A DNA stretch of 61,581 nucleotides, counting the filler, from Platydemus manokwari (taxonomy: Eukaryota), in NCBI GenBank assembly GCA_037951405.1. It is 5 parts of 5 records of this genome, joined end to end, with 100 filler letters (N's around TTAATTAATTAA, not from the genome) between each part and the next. Parts side by side here need not be neighbours in the genome. Positions count along the whole stretch, not along the records: positions 1 to 10,364 come from JBBMOY011140439.1; positions 10,465 to 22,245 come from JBBMOY010468888.1; 3 more parts are not named here. One strand, given 5' to 3'. The translations under genes were made by a program, and so were the position numbers. Of this stretch, positions 1 through 12,960 are shown one piece after another. Position 1 is the first letter of the stretch. Each line of letters begins with the position of its first letter. The notes beneath the pieces are model-generated. The model saw only the letters and a list, made by a program, of their open reading frames with translations, ran no database searches and had not been told where the DNA came from.

Positions 1-4
1 CATT

Positions 5-686
5 TGTGTATATTAATCTGTTATTTAATTGATAATTATATTTTAGTCTCATCGTTATTGTTATTTATTCTATCATATTTATATACATCTATAAAATCTA
101 CTTCTATCGAACGTAACCAATCGTTGGAGTCCGATTGGAAATAACGAGCATCCTAAGAACATAAATCGCAACCAACCAACACCTTAAGCACAGGCAAGTC
201 TAGCCTAAAACCACCACACATAAAAATCTAATATTTTATATGAAATTAAATTTTATGCAAATTAAACCTTTAAAATGTTTAATTCAATTTAAATTTCTCA
301 CACGCCCCTTTCTTTAAAATCTTTGATTTTCTTTGTAATTTTAATTGTTTCTGTATTGAATATTCTTCATATTTATCTACTAAAAATTTCCAATTCTTCT
401 ATCTTCTTTAAATCTTATTAATGTTTTCTTCATTCTTTCTCTTTATAAAATCTCTACATATTCTGATCATCTTCGTTCTTCTATTCAATAATTTTCACTA
501 GCTTATCTTCTCAGAGTGGAACCGAAATGTGTGGTTGCCATGTAAGCAGCTTCTATTTAAAAAAACACGTATTGAGAACTAACTGAAAAGTCACAGCGCC
601 AAATTATATATATAAACAAATTGGTTTAATTTTATTTAAAATCTGAATTAAATCTTTAAAATTTATTTCATTTAAAATTTCTCACA
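5..686 (-). mobile_element. Small non-autonomous LTR element (TRIM-like or internally deleted): short 5' LTR, PBS, ~290 bp internal region, PPT, 3' LTR
   Basis: On the minus strand both LTRs start TGTGAGAAATTT (at 686 and 302) and share about 40 bp. PBS-like TGGCGCTGTGAC at 601-590 follows the short 5' LTR. Purine tract AAAGAAAGGGGCG abuts the 3' LTR (302->5, ending ...TACACA). A related PPT/LTR junction occurs at ~32875-33170. No TSD found. Confidence 0.6.
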
Positions 687-1684
687 GAAGTAATTTTAAT
701 CTTAAAAATCTCCGAATGTGAAAATCATTGAAATATTTGGTTTAAATGATGATTTACGGTTTAAAAGAATATCGAAACAAATTTATTGATTTAATAATAT
801 GAAACCCAACAAAAAATTATCCATGTTTTTATCATACGATTATTAAAATCGGTTCGTTATAATTACAGTAAAGGTTTGCATTAGAAAATCTTACAGAATG
901 GTGGGGCCCATCTCATATGTTACCATAATAATGATAATTTGAAATTTTTGAGATCGATTGATATGGAATGGGAATATTAATTATCTGTTTTCTATCTATT
1001 TACCTATTCTGGAGAAAATCAATACATGAAAAATAAATTAATAATAACTCTTCTATCTGATTTTTACAAATCAAAATGCACTTATCTGGATAATCAAACC
1101 GTATCAATAATTTTGCTCAAATAAATTATATGATTAACTAAATACCACTTATTTATCATGCAATTTTCCGACAAAAATCAATATTTTTTATACCAAAATC
1201 ATATTGATTTTAGGAAAGCTAATAATAAAGTTATGAAAATAAAACTAAGGACAGTTTGGATTAGATAAGCAAATTTTCTTCCAAAATTAATTTTCTCATT
1301 TTTATCACTTTAAAACACGATATGCCTCTTTCCAGCTATTAAACATTTTCTACCCACTAGATACTCGTTAGAATGTATCGATCATATTCATATATATATA
1401 TCAACCCATTAAAAAGAACTTAAACTTTTAATTTATGGACTCTAAAAATAGTTTATTATTATTGACAATTGGAAAATCTTTTTTCAATATTTTTTTCAAT
1501 AAAGAAACTGTTAAATTTAATTATTAAAATGTGACGGTGATGAATACAGGGAAATCGAATTTGAATTTTCATAAAATGTCAAAAGCTGATAGTTTAATTC
1601 ATCTCGTATCAAAATGGAATCAATTCAAAGTCAGTTGAGAAAGGATTTAAAAAATTACTGTTCTATCAGACCGACTCAATAACC

Positions 1685-2146
1685 CAGTGATTCTCAACCA
1701 CGGGGTTGTGACCCAAAATGGGGTTGTTAGGCATTTTTAAAAGGGTTGCCGAATTATGGTAGGTGTACAAACCATTTATTGGGTAAAAATAGTGTTTTAT
1801 GATGCTGTTAAATAAACAGTTTGTGATGCTGATTAAACTATTTCTGTTCACAATTACCTTGACTACTACAGTTAAGTATTTTATAGATAATATTATTATC
1901 TGATAATCTTGTTATTATAGGTGATTTTGGAGATGCATTTGGGATATGCATTATTCACAACACTTCCTCAAATTGATAGACTTGTGAAATGGAAACAGAA
2001 TCAACACTCTCATCAACTTGTTGGAAATTGGTTTTAATAACTATGGTGATTTATGACTTATTTTTAGTAATATTGATTTTCTTTGGAGTTGCTAAGATCT
2101 TAAAAATGGGGAAATTGGTCGCCATAGAAAAGGTTGAGAACCGCTG
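1685..2146. mobile_element. hAT (Charlie-like) non-autonomous MITE
   Basis: TIRs CAGTGATTCTCAACC ... GGTTGAGAACCGCTG. Flanking 8-mers caataacc/taataaca match 6/8, consistent with a decayed 8-bp TSD. Confidence 0.75.
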
Positions 2147-4022
2147 TAATAACACATAAAATAACCAATACAATCGTGGAATATATTTACACACAACAGC
2201 TGTTGTTATACATGACTATTCAATTCCGATCAAAGCTATTTGTAAATCCCTTCATCAATTCATCAAATTTTCATGAACGTTTTAATTAAAAATTTATGAG
2301 AAATTCGGCTGACATTTATTTCTCATTTCAAACAATCTTTGAAATATTATTCACCAGTTTATTTAGAAATAACTCAGAAGAAATCCAGAAGAAACAAACA
2401 AAACGATTATATTAAATTCTTTAAAATACAGAGTGGGAAATTGAAATTTAACTGAGATAAATCCACAGAAATTTTATCATACATATTTAATATCAGAAAA
2501 ATTCACCCGAAAATTCCAAATTATTCTAATTAATTATCAAACACGTTTGCTGCTACGAAATGAACATAAATTTATGATATTCAACAAAACAAAATATTTT
2601 ATCATTTTGGAGTCTCAGCCATGGTTGCAAGTCTTTCAATCTTGTACTTGATATAGTATCATGTTGAAATAAAAGGACAAAGTCCAACTAACTAAGTCAT
2701 ATGTGGAATCTTCCAATAGAATGGTTGTCTAAAAAGGATCATTCCATCAACAATAAGTATAAAAGGACCGGAAGGTATCTCTTTAAAATAGTGAAAACCA
2801 AACCTACAAGTTCAAACCTAGCGACTCTTTGAGACTAAATTAATCCCACTTTGTTGAAAGCAAATCTTGGGAATATTTTTGGATAACCATCACCTGATCA
2901 TTTTAGGAACACAATTATTGACGAATTAATTTTGAAAATTACTTTGATATTGTGAAAAATAAGTTTATCAGAACAAGTTCTCCGTATTTGTTTTCACTAG
3001 ATTTTTAGTAAATTTCAATGAATCGAATTGGGTACATCCTGTGTAGTGGTTGAATCCGGCCATATTAATCAATCTTAATCAATTCCGCATAACTTGAAAT
3101 TTTTTGTTGAATTTTAGTATTTTGTGTTACTGATGAATTTAAATGGATTTTTCGAGCAAGTACCTCTGTATAATTTTATTATAAATATAAACCCAACAGT
3201 ATAAAAGTATTTTTAATAATTAATTTTATTTTAAAATTATTTAAAATCCTAATAACAATGAATTTTCACGATATATATAATTCACTGTCGTCTGGATAAT
3301 GTCTGGTTTGCAATAACATTTATCTACACACAAAACTTTCACGGCTTCCATAATGAAAAATGAAATATATTTGAGGTAGTCGGGCTAGTTTAAACATGAT
3401 TTTCTTTACGCAAACGATAGTTTACAGATTTTTTTTCACAGATTTTCGTACTGTAAGGATGAATGGGAAATTATTGGAACCATATTATTATTTGAAAATA
3501 ATGATTGAAAGCCCTATCCACAGATTAACATAATTTCTCAAGTAAATTTTTCAACACATTGAAATCATAGAATTTTCTGACAATCCTTAATGTTGATAAT
3601 TTTTAGAATTCGCATAGCTTAAACATGGCCGTTTACAATATTATATTTATAGTATCAAACATAAACTAATTTCGACAAATTCCGATGACAATCAACTCAT
3701 TGAATCATGTTTTTAATAAAATATTAATATTGGCGAAGCATTACATTATTCAATAACTTGCACATTAATTAACTCCATCTGAAACATAACTTTGTCCAAT
3801 CCATTTCCATTATATTCATCACATCTAATTCACTTATTTTAAATAAACTTTTATTCGTCGCTACTTTAAATGAAATACTGATTATAATAAACAAATTTCA
3901 ATTGGTTAAGAGAAGAGTGTTTGTTAATGAAATAATCTTTAATCATTTTATATTTGATATGATATTGGTGAACTGAATACCAGTCATCTATATTTACCAA
4001 TTCATAATTGTTATCCATTTCC

Positions 4023-5276
4023 ATGAAGCGCTGCTATTCCATCAATACAACATCTTATAAGAAAATAACTGAAATTCTAGATCTATTGATTTCTCTAACG
4101 AAATTGAATCAATCTGATCCCATGTGGTTCAATATTGCTTCGAGTTTCACGACAAATATTTCATATTTTGCAAATTCGAATTACTATTCGACATTGGAAA
4201 AGAAGTTTCGTCTATTGAAGATAATATCCAGTCCAGGAAGTGAGCTTTGGGAATGCATTTTACTGCAATATTTATGGTTAATAGTTCCGGTAATAATTTT
4301 AGTGTTTGGAACGATTGGAAATATTTTAACGTTTTTCGTTCTGTTCCAAAGATCCAAAAATCACTTATCATACTATTCATATTTTTGTGTTTTGGCAGTA
4401 GTAGATCAATTGGTTCTTATTATTGGTTTGTTTCGAAAATGGATTTTCCATTTCAACATATACCGTATTGATAATCTCAATCGATTTGCTTGTGCTTCGT
4501 TGCAATCTCTCAATTCTTCACTCAGTTGGATCTCCACTTGGTTATTGATGTTTCTAACGATTTATCGGGCTTTTGTTATTTGTTTTCCCTTTTCAAAATT
4601 CAATAATGTATTGAGGAAAAATGGGAAATATTTGGTTTTATTACTGATAATATTGACAGTCATTGGCAACAGTCATTTTTTCCTCACCGTTGATATCGTT
4701 TCGGAAACATCGGATTATAATCGTTCGAAAACCAAGTGTAAATTCAAAGAAATCAATTCGAATTTCTCTCAAATCTGGTCATGGATCGATGCCACTGTCT
4801 ATTGTTACTTTCCATCGCTAATGATTTGCATTTCAAATATATTTATAGTTTCCAATATTATTCAATCGAAAAAACTGCGAGGTAAATTGATTTACAAACG
4901 AAATGAACAAGAATCATTGATGACCAGTCCCACCCAGTTGATTTCTGAAGAATCGAAAGTGACGTTCAGTGAAAACCGTGTGAACATCAAGACAACGAAT
5001 TATAAATCCGGTACATTGATCCATATATCAACTATGCTTCTAGCCATATCTAGCTGTTTTATAATTACAACAGCTCCCATTGTTATTCTGAAAGGAATGA
5101 CCGGAATAATCCAGTCCATAAATAATATTATTATTTATGCCCGATATGAGTTATTGGAATCACTAGCAGAATTACTTATGTATACCAATCACGGATTGAA
5201 TTTCTATCTCTACTTATTAACGGGATCGAAATTTCGAAAAGATATTAAAAATTTACTTTTTAATCGTTGTAAGTGA
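4023..5276 (+). CDS. Intronless rhodopsin-family (class A) GPCR, neuropeptide/FMRFamide-receptor-like
   Basis: 422-codon ORF with 7 hydrophobic segments. TM1 GTIGN, TM2 LAVVD, TM3 C...TIYRA (DRY variant), TM5 YCYFP, TM6 CFIITTAP, TM7 NHGLNFYLY, then helix 8 KFR. First ATG is at 4023; a later ATG (~4122) is an alternative start. Confidence 0.92.
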   Translation: MKRCYSINTTSYKKITEILDLLISLTKLNQSDPMWFNIASSFTTNISYFANSNYYSTLEKKFRLLKIISSPGSELWECILLQYLWLIVPVIILVFGTIGNILTFFVLFQRSKNHLSYYSYFCVLAVVDQLVLIIGLFRKWIFHFNIYRIDNLNRFACASLQSLNSSLSWISTWLLMFLTIYRAFVICFPFSKFNNVLRKNGKYLVLLLIILTVIGNSHFFLTVDIVSETSDYNRSKTKCKFKEINSNFSQIWSWIDATVYCYFPSLMICISNIFIVSNIIQSKKLRGKLIYKRNEQESLMTSPTQLISEESKVTFSENRVNIKTTNYKSGTLIHISTMLLAISSCFIITTAPIVILKGMTGIIQSINNIIIYARYELLESLAELLMYTNHGLNFYLYLLTGSKFRKDIKNLLFNRCK

Positions 5277-5599
5277 GTTCAAATATTTTTTGGTTTAAAT
5301 GTGACCCATATTCAATATTTCGTGATTTGTTGTTGTATTTTGTATTCGTTATTAGAATTTATTTCAGTGAATTATTTTGCATATGGTGATCATTCTATTT
5401 TTAGGTAGTAAATTGTTGTTAATAATTTTTTCAAATCTTCTAAAATCGAATTTTTATTTGTAAATTTATTTCTCATCTCATTCATTTTGTTTATTAGTAT
5501 TAAAACATGAACGGATATTATTTTAAATCGTTGTGTAACACCGAAAGATTTTCCGAAAGATTTTAGGATATAAATTTGTGATTAAAACATATTTCTTTG

Positions 5600-6182
5600 G
5601 CTTAAGTTAAGAAAGGGGTTCTTCGACCTGGTTTCGTAACAATGGATTTTTGCGCATGAGATAATTATATAATTTAATTTCATATATAATTGGGATATTT
5701 GATTTATTTGTATAATTCAGTTAATATTGCACTTTTGAAGATGTCGATTAGAGACAAAACATAGTTCATAAACCAAGTTCCTATCATGACACTTTTACAT
5801 TATTATTTGAGTTTTTAAAAAAAATTTTAAATTATAAATCGAGTTAGTTAACTACAGACATGTTTAATAATATCATTGTTTATTTTTATCAAATAATTGT
5901 GAAAATTTATAGTGCATTACTCAATTTGATATTGGTGTTAAAAAGGGGGTCTCAGCTAATTTTCAATAAATTATAATTCGACCTACTTTGATTTGATTTT
6001 CAAATAATAAAATTTTAGGAGATTTTGAAGCTCTGGTCTATTTAATATTTGATTCCAAACAATTAAAATTCTTCTTAAGTACTCAAATATAAAGTCAAAA
6101 TGTTATTAAAGATTATAATTAAATAAACTATATAGATTTCTTCAATACACTCAACAAATTAAAAATTTTATTTTAGGAACCG
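5600..6182 (+). repeat. ~600-bp dispersed repeat, copy 1 (probable non-autonomous DNA transposon)
   Basis: Colinear by eye with 34955-35550 (shared ...ttgatttatt(t/c)gtataattcagttaatat..., gacaaaacatagtt, aaaattcttcttaagtact). The 3' end is repeated at ~6900-6935. Confidence 0.8.
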
Positions 6183-8163
6183 TTTGTTAACATTAACCAC
6201 TTGATTTATAACACGGTGTATACTTATAAATTTATTATAAAAAAAATTAATGAAATTAAGCAAGCTGGAATATGAAAAATCTTATAAGATAAAAAATCAA
6301 GAAAATTCTTTTTTTACTTTTCTACAAAAATACATCATTAATAATTATTAATCAATGATAGTCGTTCGAAAAAATAAAAAATGATTTTTAATGCTAGTTT
6401 TAAGTTTTAACATAAACGAACTGACTATTGAATGCGATCATAATTCTCTTTCACTGAAGTTTATCTGATTCCATAATTGATGAAAATATGTCGTATTCTG
6501 ACTAATCCAATTGACCTGACGAGAATAAAGGAATAAAACTACAAAAGGATTATTCTTAAGTGATTTGACGTCAATTTCGATAACCGACTTCAAATATAAG
6601 GCTTTTAACTTAGAGAAATAGTGATAAAGTTGTTCTTATAAAAGATGAGTAGAATAAATTGTTAAGTCGTACTACCAGATATTTTTCTACATATAATCAT
6701 ATTATATCTGACAATTTTACTTTTCGACTTCTAGCACGATTTCAAATGATAAAATTAAAATTATTATTATTATTTTTCAATCTCTGTTTGACATTTCTAA
6801 ATTATAATAATCATAAACTTACTATAAAATCTTACCAAAAATAATTATATCATTAACTAATAATTGGTCATAAGCTTCTAGATAAAGTATAATTCATTGA
6901 TAAATTAAATTAAAATTTTATTTTAGGAGCCCTTTTATTAACTTCAACCGACTAATTAATCAATTAAGGTTAGCAAGATTTTAAAAATAAATGATTATAA
7001 ATAAATATTATAAGTTACAAATTTTCGTTTAGCTTTTACTATTAAGCAATTGATTTTATAATCAGACAATGTATCGATGATATTTTATTAATATATCACG
7101 GTAATTCGTGGAGAAAATAATAAAAATAATTGCTATATCATTAATAAAGAAATTGTTCAAAGTTTGATTGAAATTTTAAAAGTACATTTCTATCGACCAA
7201 ATATTAAGGAATCTTAGCTGTATTAGTATTAAAAACCACACATCTTTATAAAGACAAACTCATAATTTTAGAATATATAAGTAAATAAACACATAATGAA
7301 GAATTAATATAAACTCGGAAGCTATTAACTAAAAAAAATCTTTTAAAAATTTTAGTAGAAAACAGAACATATTTTCCAGCAAAATCCGCTAATGGTTTTT
7401 AGTTGTCTATTGTGCCAATAATGAAAATACTTGGCGTAGACTTATAGTAGTAGAGTTCATGAGATTATTGTATCAATATCATTGAGATAATAGTATTTAT
7501 GAAATGCCTCACGTTTCCTGGTGAATCTGAAACCCAACTTATGAAACATATTCATTTGAATTACGAAGGACTTTAGCGAAAGAATTGTCGCTATCTGGGC
7601 ACTCTTTTTGAGTGAAGATAAATTCATACTTTATTTCTAGTAAATTAATTTCCTTGAATAATATTCAAAATAAATAATTTTGTTTAAAATGTTTTCACAT
7701 TCTCATTTTATATGCATTTTTTATCAAATAATAAATGAAAACATTATGATCTCTTTTACAAACTTATTTGCGTCTGAAATATGCTTCAGAATTGCTGATT
7801 ATATTCATTGTTAAGCTTCAATTTCAGACTGAAGCCGATCAAAATATATTGAAAATTTACTGAATTTAATTAACTCTAATTTTTTGAAATATTAATAAAT
7901 ATAAATGGATTGGAAAATATTCTAAATTTAACTGTCGGTTATCAATTTTATATTTTTTTCGGATAACTAAAAACTGGACCAAGTGGCACGAGAAATATAG
8001 ATGAAAATGATACATTAATTGATATCCTTAAAAAATGCATGTATTAGAGTGAAAGTGTTTCGTTTATTTTATCAAGTCAAGAAAGTTCACAGTTTATGTA
8101 AAATATTTGTAAATCAACAAAAACTCCAGAGTATTTCTGATGCTGCTCTTACCCGAAGAAATA

Positions 8164-8728
8164 CTATGCGATTCATAAGTCTCCGTTTCTAAAACTAAAA
8201 TAAAACAACAGTGAGAACAAACTAAATGTATTGAGTTATTTTTTCTTCCTTGATATATCTTGGAACAGAAGTTTGAGACTCTCGTGCAGTTTCTCGTTGA
8301 TTTGTGCCTTAATTCTCTTTTACAAAATTTACCACCTTTTCCTTTGTGATTTCATCAGACGTTCTTCCTGATCTCAACCTAGTGGATGAGTTTCCAGTTT
8401 CTTCAAACCTCTGTTTACAGTATTGCACTGTTGTCCTAGCTGGTGGTGCACGATTGAAATGTTGATGAAATTCTTGGCAAGCTTTGGCATTACTCTAGCC
8501 CACTATTGCATGGCTAACTATAAACACTCTCCGCAAGCGAAAGTTTAACATTGCCAATTGATTCCGCCATATTGTAATAATGCAACTGAATAATAAGAAA
8601 TGAGAAATAAAGCACATTAATCAGTGAATAATAATTAATATCAATGAGTATAAATATATGAACATAAATTATATTGTGTTTTGTTGTTTTATTTTAGTCT
8701 TAGAGACGAAGACTTATGAATCACAGGA
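8164..8728 (-). mobile_element. Internally deleted Tc1/mariner-superfamily element retaining a decayed N-terminal HTH coding remnant
   Basis: ~50-bp imperfect TIRs (gattcataagtctccgtttctaaaactaaaataaaacaaca / tgttgtttttattttagtcttagagacgaagacttatgaatc) flanked by TA. The minus strand encodes ...CQEFHQHFNRAPPARTTVQYCKQRFEETG...RSGR..., typical of the DUF4817-type transposase N-terminus, with stops. Confidence 0.75.
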
Positions 8729-10364
8729 TATGCAAGGAGAAAACTATGAAATGTTAAATCAGTATTTCATACGAAAGACATTTACCAAAAACATTAAAAA
8801 TATTACTTTATTCAAATCAAAACAATAATTAATGTTTGAGCCAAATTTTTAAATATGAGTGATTTGTTAAATCCGATTAAGAAAAACATAATTTTCATTA
8901 TTTTATTTGGAATGACATCCGATCATTAAACTAGCTTTGTTTTTGTAAAATGATAAAAATTATGAAGAAACTGTAAAGCGCAATTAATCTCTAATTATTT
9001 TCAGTTTACTTTATAATATTTTATCCGAAATAGTTTCCAAGTAATAAAAGTTGTTTTCGTGTTTTTTGGCATCAGATAATGTGGTAGATACCATTATTTT
9101 ATATGTTCATTACTAGTGGTTTCGAAGATTGAGCAACTAATTGATATGAAAGACGATCAATACAACGTGTTCCCAGAATAACATCTGGTGAATTACAAAT
9201 ATTTGATCAAATTAAACTGGATGTTGCAGAACTTGAGAATTTTAATAAAAACCAAAATTACATTATCGGGTTAGGATGGCCCAAATAACAATGTGTTTGA
9301 TAACCGAAAGAAATTGCAGAGTATTGGCCGAAATTTTATGTTATTTATCCTTCAAAAATAGGACAGATTTTCATTGGAATTTAATATTTTTCATTTTAAT
9401 TCTGATTGTTGTCGAATTCCATTTATTTTACAGAAAAATGGTAAACACAAATATTTGTTGATGTACAATATTCTAGCATTTCTAATTATACCAAATTTCG
9501 CTTCCAAAATCTATAATTTATACCCACTGTTTGATAAGCCTCAGTCAACAATTATTTCATGATAATTAAGGAAATTGTTTCCAACAGTTTTGGATTGTTT
9601 TGTCGAAACAATTTAACTTTAAAAGACCAACATTTAATGACAATATAAAGATCGGGGAATGGACACTCATAATGGTGTAGGGAGATGTTATTTTTTCTAG
9701 TTCTGTTGCAAAAATTAATAACCTTCAGTGAAATTCGGAATAAATGACGTCATTTATCCAATTATTGTTCTTCAGAATTGTTGATTGGTAAGAAAATTAG
9801 AATTTTTAAGTCATTCGTGAATATTTAGTAATTCTAGCATCATTTATTAAAAAAATAATTTGATTTTCGTTTCTATGGCAACGAATAAATATAAAATTGG
9901 CAATTTTTGAAAACACGTTCTAACGATGACTAGTATTTTGAACGGCAAATGTTAAGCTTTATAATCCACTTCAATTACTAATAATAAGACAGTAACGACA
10001 TGTTTTGAAAATGAAATATGTATGGCTTGTGTAATATATTGATTATATTGGAATATTTTGAATCGGATTAAAAATGAAAATTATTATAAAGAATTATATA
10101 TAAAAATCAAATTTAGTTGTGAAAGTAAATTTTGTGCCAAAAGATTCTTGAGGATTTCATAAAGATTCGACAGAAAAATATGGTGCGTGCTCAACAAAAG
10201 ATAATGTTAGCATGACATACTAATGTACAGTAATTCTTCTTCTACTAGATGTAGCTTGAACTCAGAAGAATAATCGATATGATCGGTTTTATTATTGGGT
10301 CTATAACTTAAAAACCGGAATTTTTTTAGAACAATTGAGTGTTTATTAAAGAAAATCTTGTACA

Positions 10365-10464
10365 NNNNNNNNNNNNNNNNNNNNNNNNNNNNNNNNNNNN
10401 NNNNNNNNTTAATTAATTAANNNNNNNNNNNNNNNNNNNNNNNNNNNNNNNNNNNNNNNNNNNN
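10365..10464. other. Artificial contig linker (N44-TTAATTAATTAA-N44)
   Basis: Exactly 100 bp, six-frame stop palindrome, identical to three other linkers in the window. Confidence 0.97.
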
Positions 10465-11585
10465 GTAGAATAAAATGACATGTATCAAATCAACAAACCA
10501 TTTTTCTTATGGCCAGTGACATCTGTTACAAAAACCGGAAAAAAACATTATTCAAATCAACACGTGTAAAATTTGAAAAGTTATTGAAACACAAATATTT
10601 ATCTAACTACAAATCCAATTTTATAATGTAATAAAATCTCTATATTAGAGGTTATTTACAGAATTAACATACAATAACAGTTATAGACCAGTTGGAACAT
10701 GTTTGTTAATGACGTATTTATTTTATTTTATTAAACATTGAATGAAAATAAGCATTGGTAATAAATTCTTATCAATTGATAAATCTTGAATTAATCACAA
10801 AAATATTTATTTGATCAAACACAATTATTATTATTATTATTATCGATAGTGTTGAAGATAAATTTTTCAATTTAATACGTAAACAGTTCAGGAATCAACA
10901 AAAAATACAGAAGACAATAATAAAACAATGAAAATATAAATAGATTCCAGACCTACAAAATTCAGAGTAATGTCAATGAACTATCCAAACAGATTGCCCG
11001 TGTTTTATATCAATAAGACATGAAGACAATTATAAGTAAAAAGATTTGAAACAATTACTCCACCCAATCCAAGCTTATTCATTTCTCCAATAGGCAAAAG
11101 ATTATCGTATTTGCAATAAAGGATGTGTGTGCGTGTGTGACACAATTTATATAAATAATATGAATTGCTTTAATTTTCCATTTTCATTTCTCCAGTTCTA
11201 ATTTTAACAATATGTATATCAATCATTATAACAAAGATAACAATCACTACATTAATAATGATAATATGAAATAAAAGATTTCAATAGGAAAAATCACAAA
11301 TGTCCAAAAATCTAATCTATTTAACGTTAGAGTTTAGAGTATCAACTCGAAAAATTTACTTTCGATTCAAAATTATCAATTGGGCAATTATTTAGATCAA
11401 ATAGCGAGCACTTAATCTATTTTAGAATTATTGTGATAAGCCATTATCTACAAATATTAAATGAACTTCCCAAATAAATTCATCATGTTTAAATGGTTAC
11501 AAATGGCCATAACCGATCATAATATAACTCTTCAAATTATCTAAATAATATTTAATAGAATAAGCTCTGTACATATCGCGCACAT

Positions 11586-11680
11586 CAGGGGTGGCCAACC
11601 GGTCGATCTTGAAGTCTATCGCGTGAGATGTTATTCAAATGAAAAGTCGATCTTACATACATAAAAGTTGGCCACCTCTG
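11586..11680. mobile_element. 95-bp hAT-type MITE
   Basis: TIRs CAGGGGTGGCCAAC ... GTTGGCCACCTCTG; 8-bp TSD gcgcacat/gcgtacat (7/8). Confidence 0.85.
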
Positions 11681-12960
11681 GCGTACATGATATGACTGGA
11701 AATGGTTATTATTTGAGGAAATCGAGTTTCATAGATTCAAAAATAGAGTATGAAAATATGAAACGATGATTTTTAATTGAAATTAATAACATGATAAAAG
11801 TGAATTTGATCACTTAAACCATTGAACACAATAGCAACATATAATTCACATATGAATCAATTTCTTAAATATCCTTATACAAAATTCATTATCACAATTC
11901 ATAGGTCCTGGAATTCATAGATTAATAATAAAAAAATTTTTGCTGGCTTACAAACCACAATCATTTCATTTATGCTCATCAACAATAACTATTCAAATGC
12001 CATGATGTACGCATCTTATCCAGTTGAACTCGGATGCCAATTCATTAATAATTTGTGATAGAAAAAAAGATAAAATAAAACTTTATTATTAATTTATAAT
12101 CACAATAAAATCCATTAATTAAAAACTTATCTAAGAACATCATGCTTTGCCCTTAATATCTTCAAATTTGTAGTTATTATCTTACTTCGTTTGTATTTAT
12201 CAATCAGTTTTCTACAAAATGTTCAAGATTACTTAATTTCTTTTTGCGATCGATTGTCAAATCTCGATGGCGATTATGATAAATTACTGTCAATTGTTTC
12301 TGTGATTGATTGTTATAAATATTGTTGACGACATTTTGTGTATTACACTTTGTGCGTTGGGATTGTAGGTTTCGCATATTTTTGATGAATTGGATTTCGG
12401 AGTTGAAGCATTTTCAAATGAATGCAACATTAACAACTGCAACCAACTAATTTCACCGACTTAGATGTAATTACTTGAATGTCTTCACTATTGTATAGAT
12501 TATTATTATTAAGAAGTCGTAATTTTGTCAATCAGGCTACATTTTCTTTCACTGTTGTTTGTTTAGTTCTACTGTGTTAATGAAATGACAGTCATATCTG
12601 ATGGAAACTTGTTTGGTGATAATTTAATAATAAATCAACGATTTTTTAACCGATAATTACTATGTATTTAAATGAAACGCTGTGAGTTCGAGATTGATGT
12701 TTCCACCAATATCTTAGACTTCACAGATTAATAGGTTGAGTGTAGTGAGTTATATAATAATATGAATAAGACTAACAATAATATGATAACAATACTTTAT
12801 TATAGTAAATATTAACAAATGTGTGATGCTTTAAAGTTAGAAGGAGGAAGTTGTTGTGCCCTGAAGATTTATCAGTAAATAACAACCGCCGGTGGGAACT
12901 AAGTGGCCCCCCACTGCGGTATGAAAACTAAAGGAACAGTGATTTTAAACTCACAAACTC

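Noticed and set aside
2600-3045. Possible Tc1 transposase 3' relic ending in catcctgtgta
   Set aside because: No matching left TIR and no convincing DDE motif.
9100-9700. Short ORFs as exons of a receptor gene
   Set aside because: No consistent splice chain or recognisable domain.
10409-10420. TTAATTAATTAA palindrome as a regulatory or recombination site
   Set aside because: Always centred in exactly 88 Ns; a synthetic six-frame stop linker.
12180-12900. Possible Penelope-like N-terminal coding relic on the minus strand
   Set aside because: Only vague similarity; no RT or GIY-YIG motif seen.
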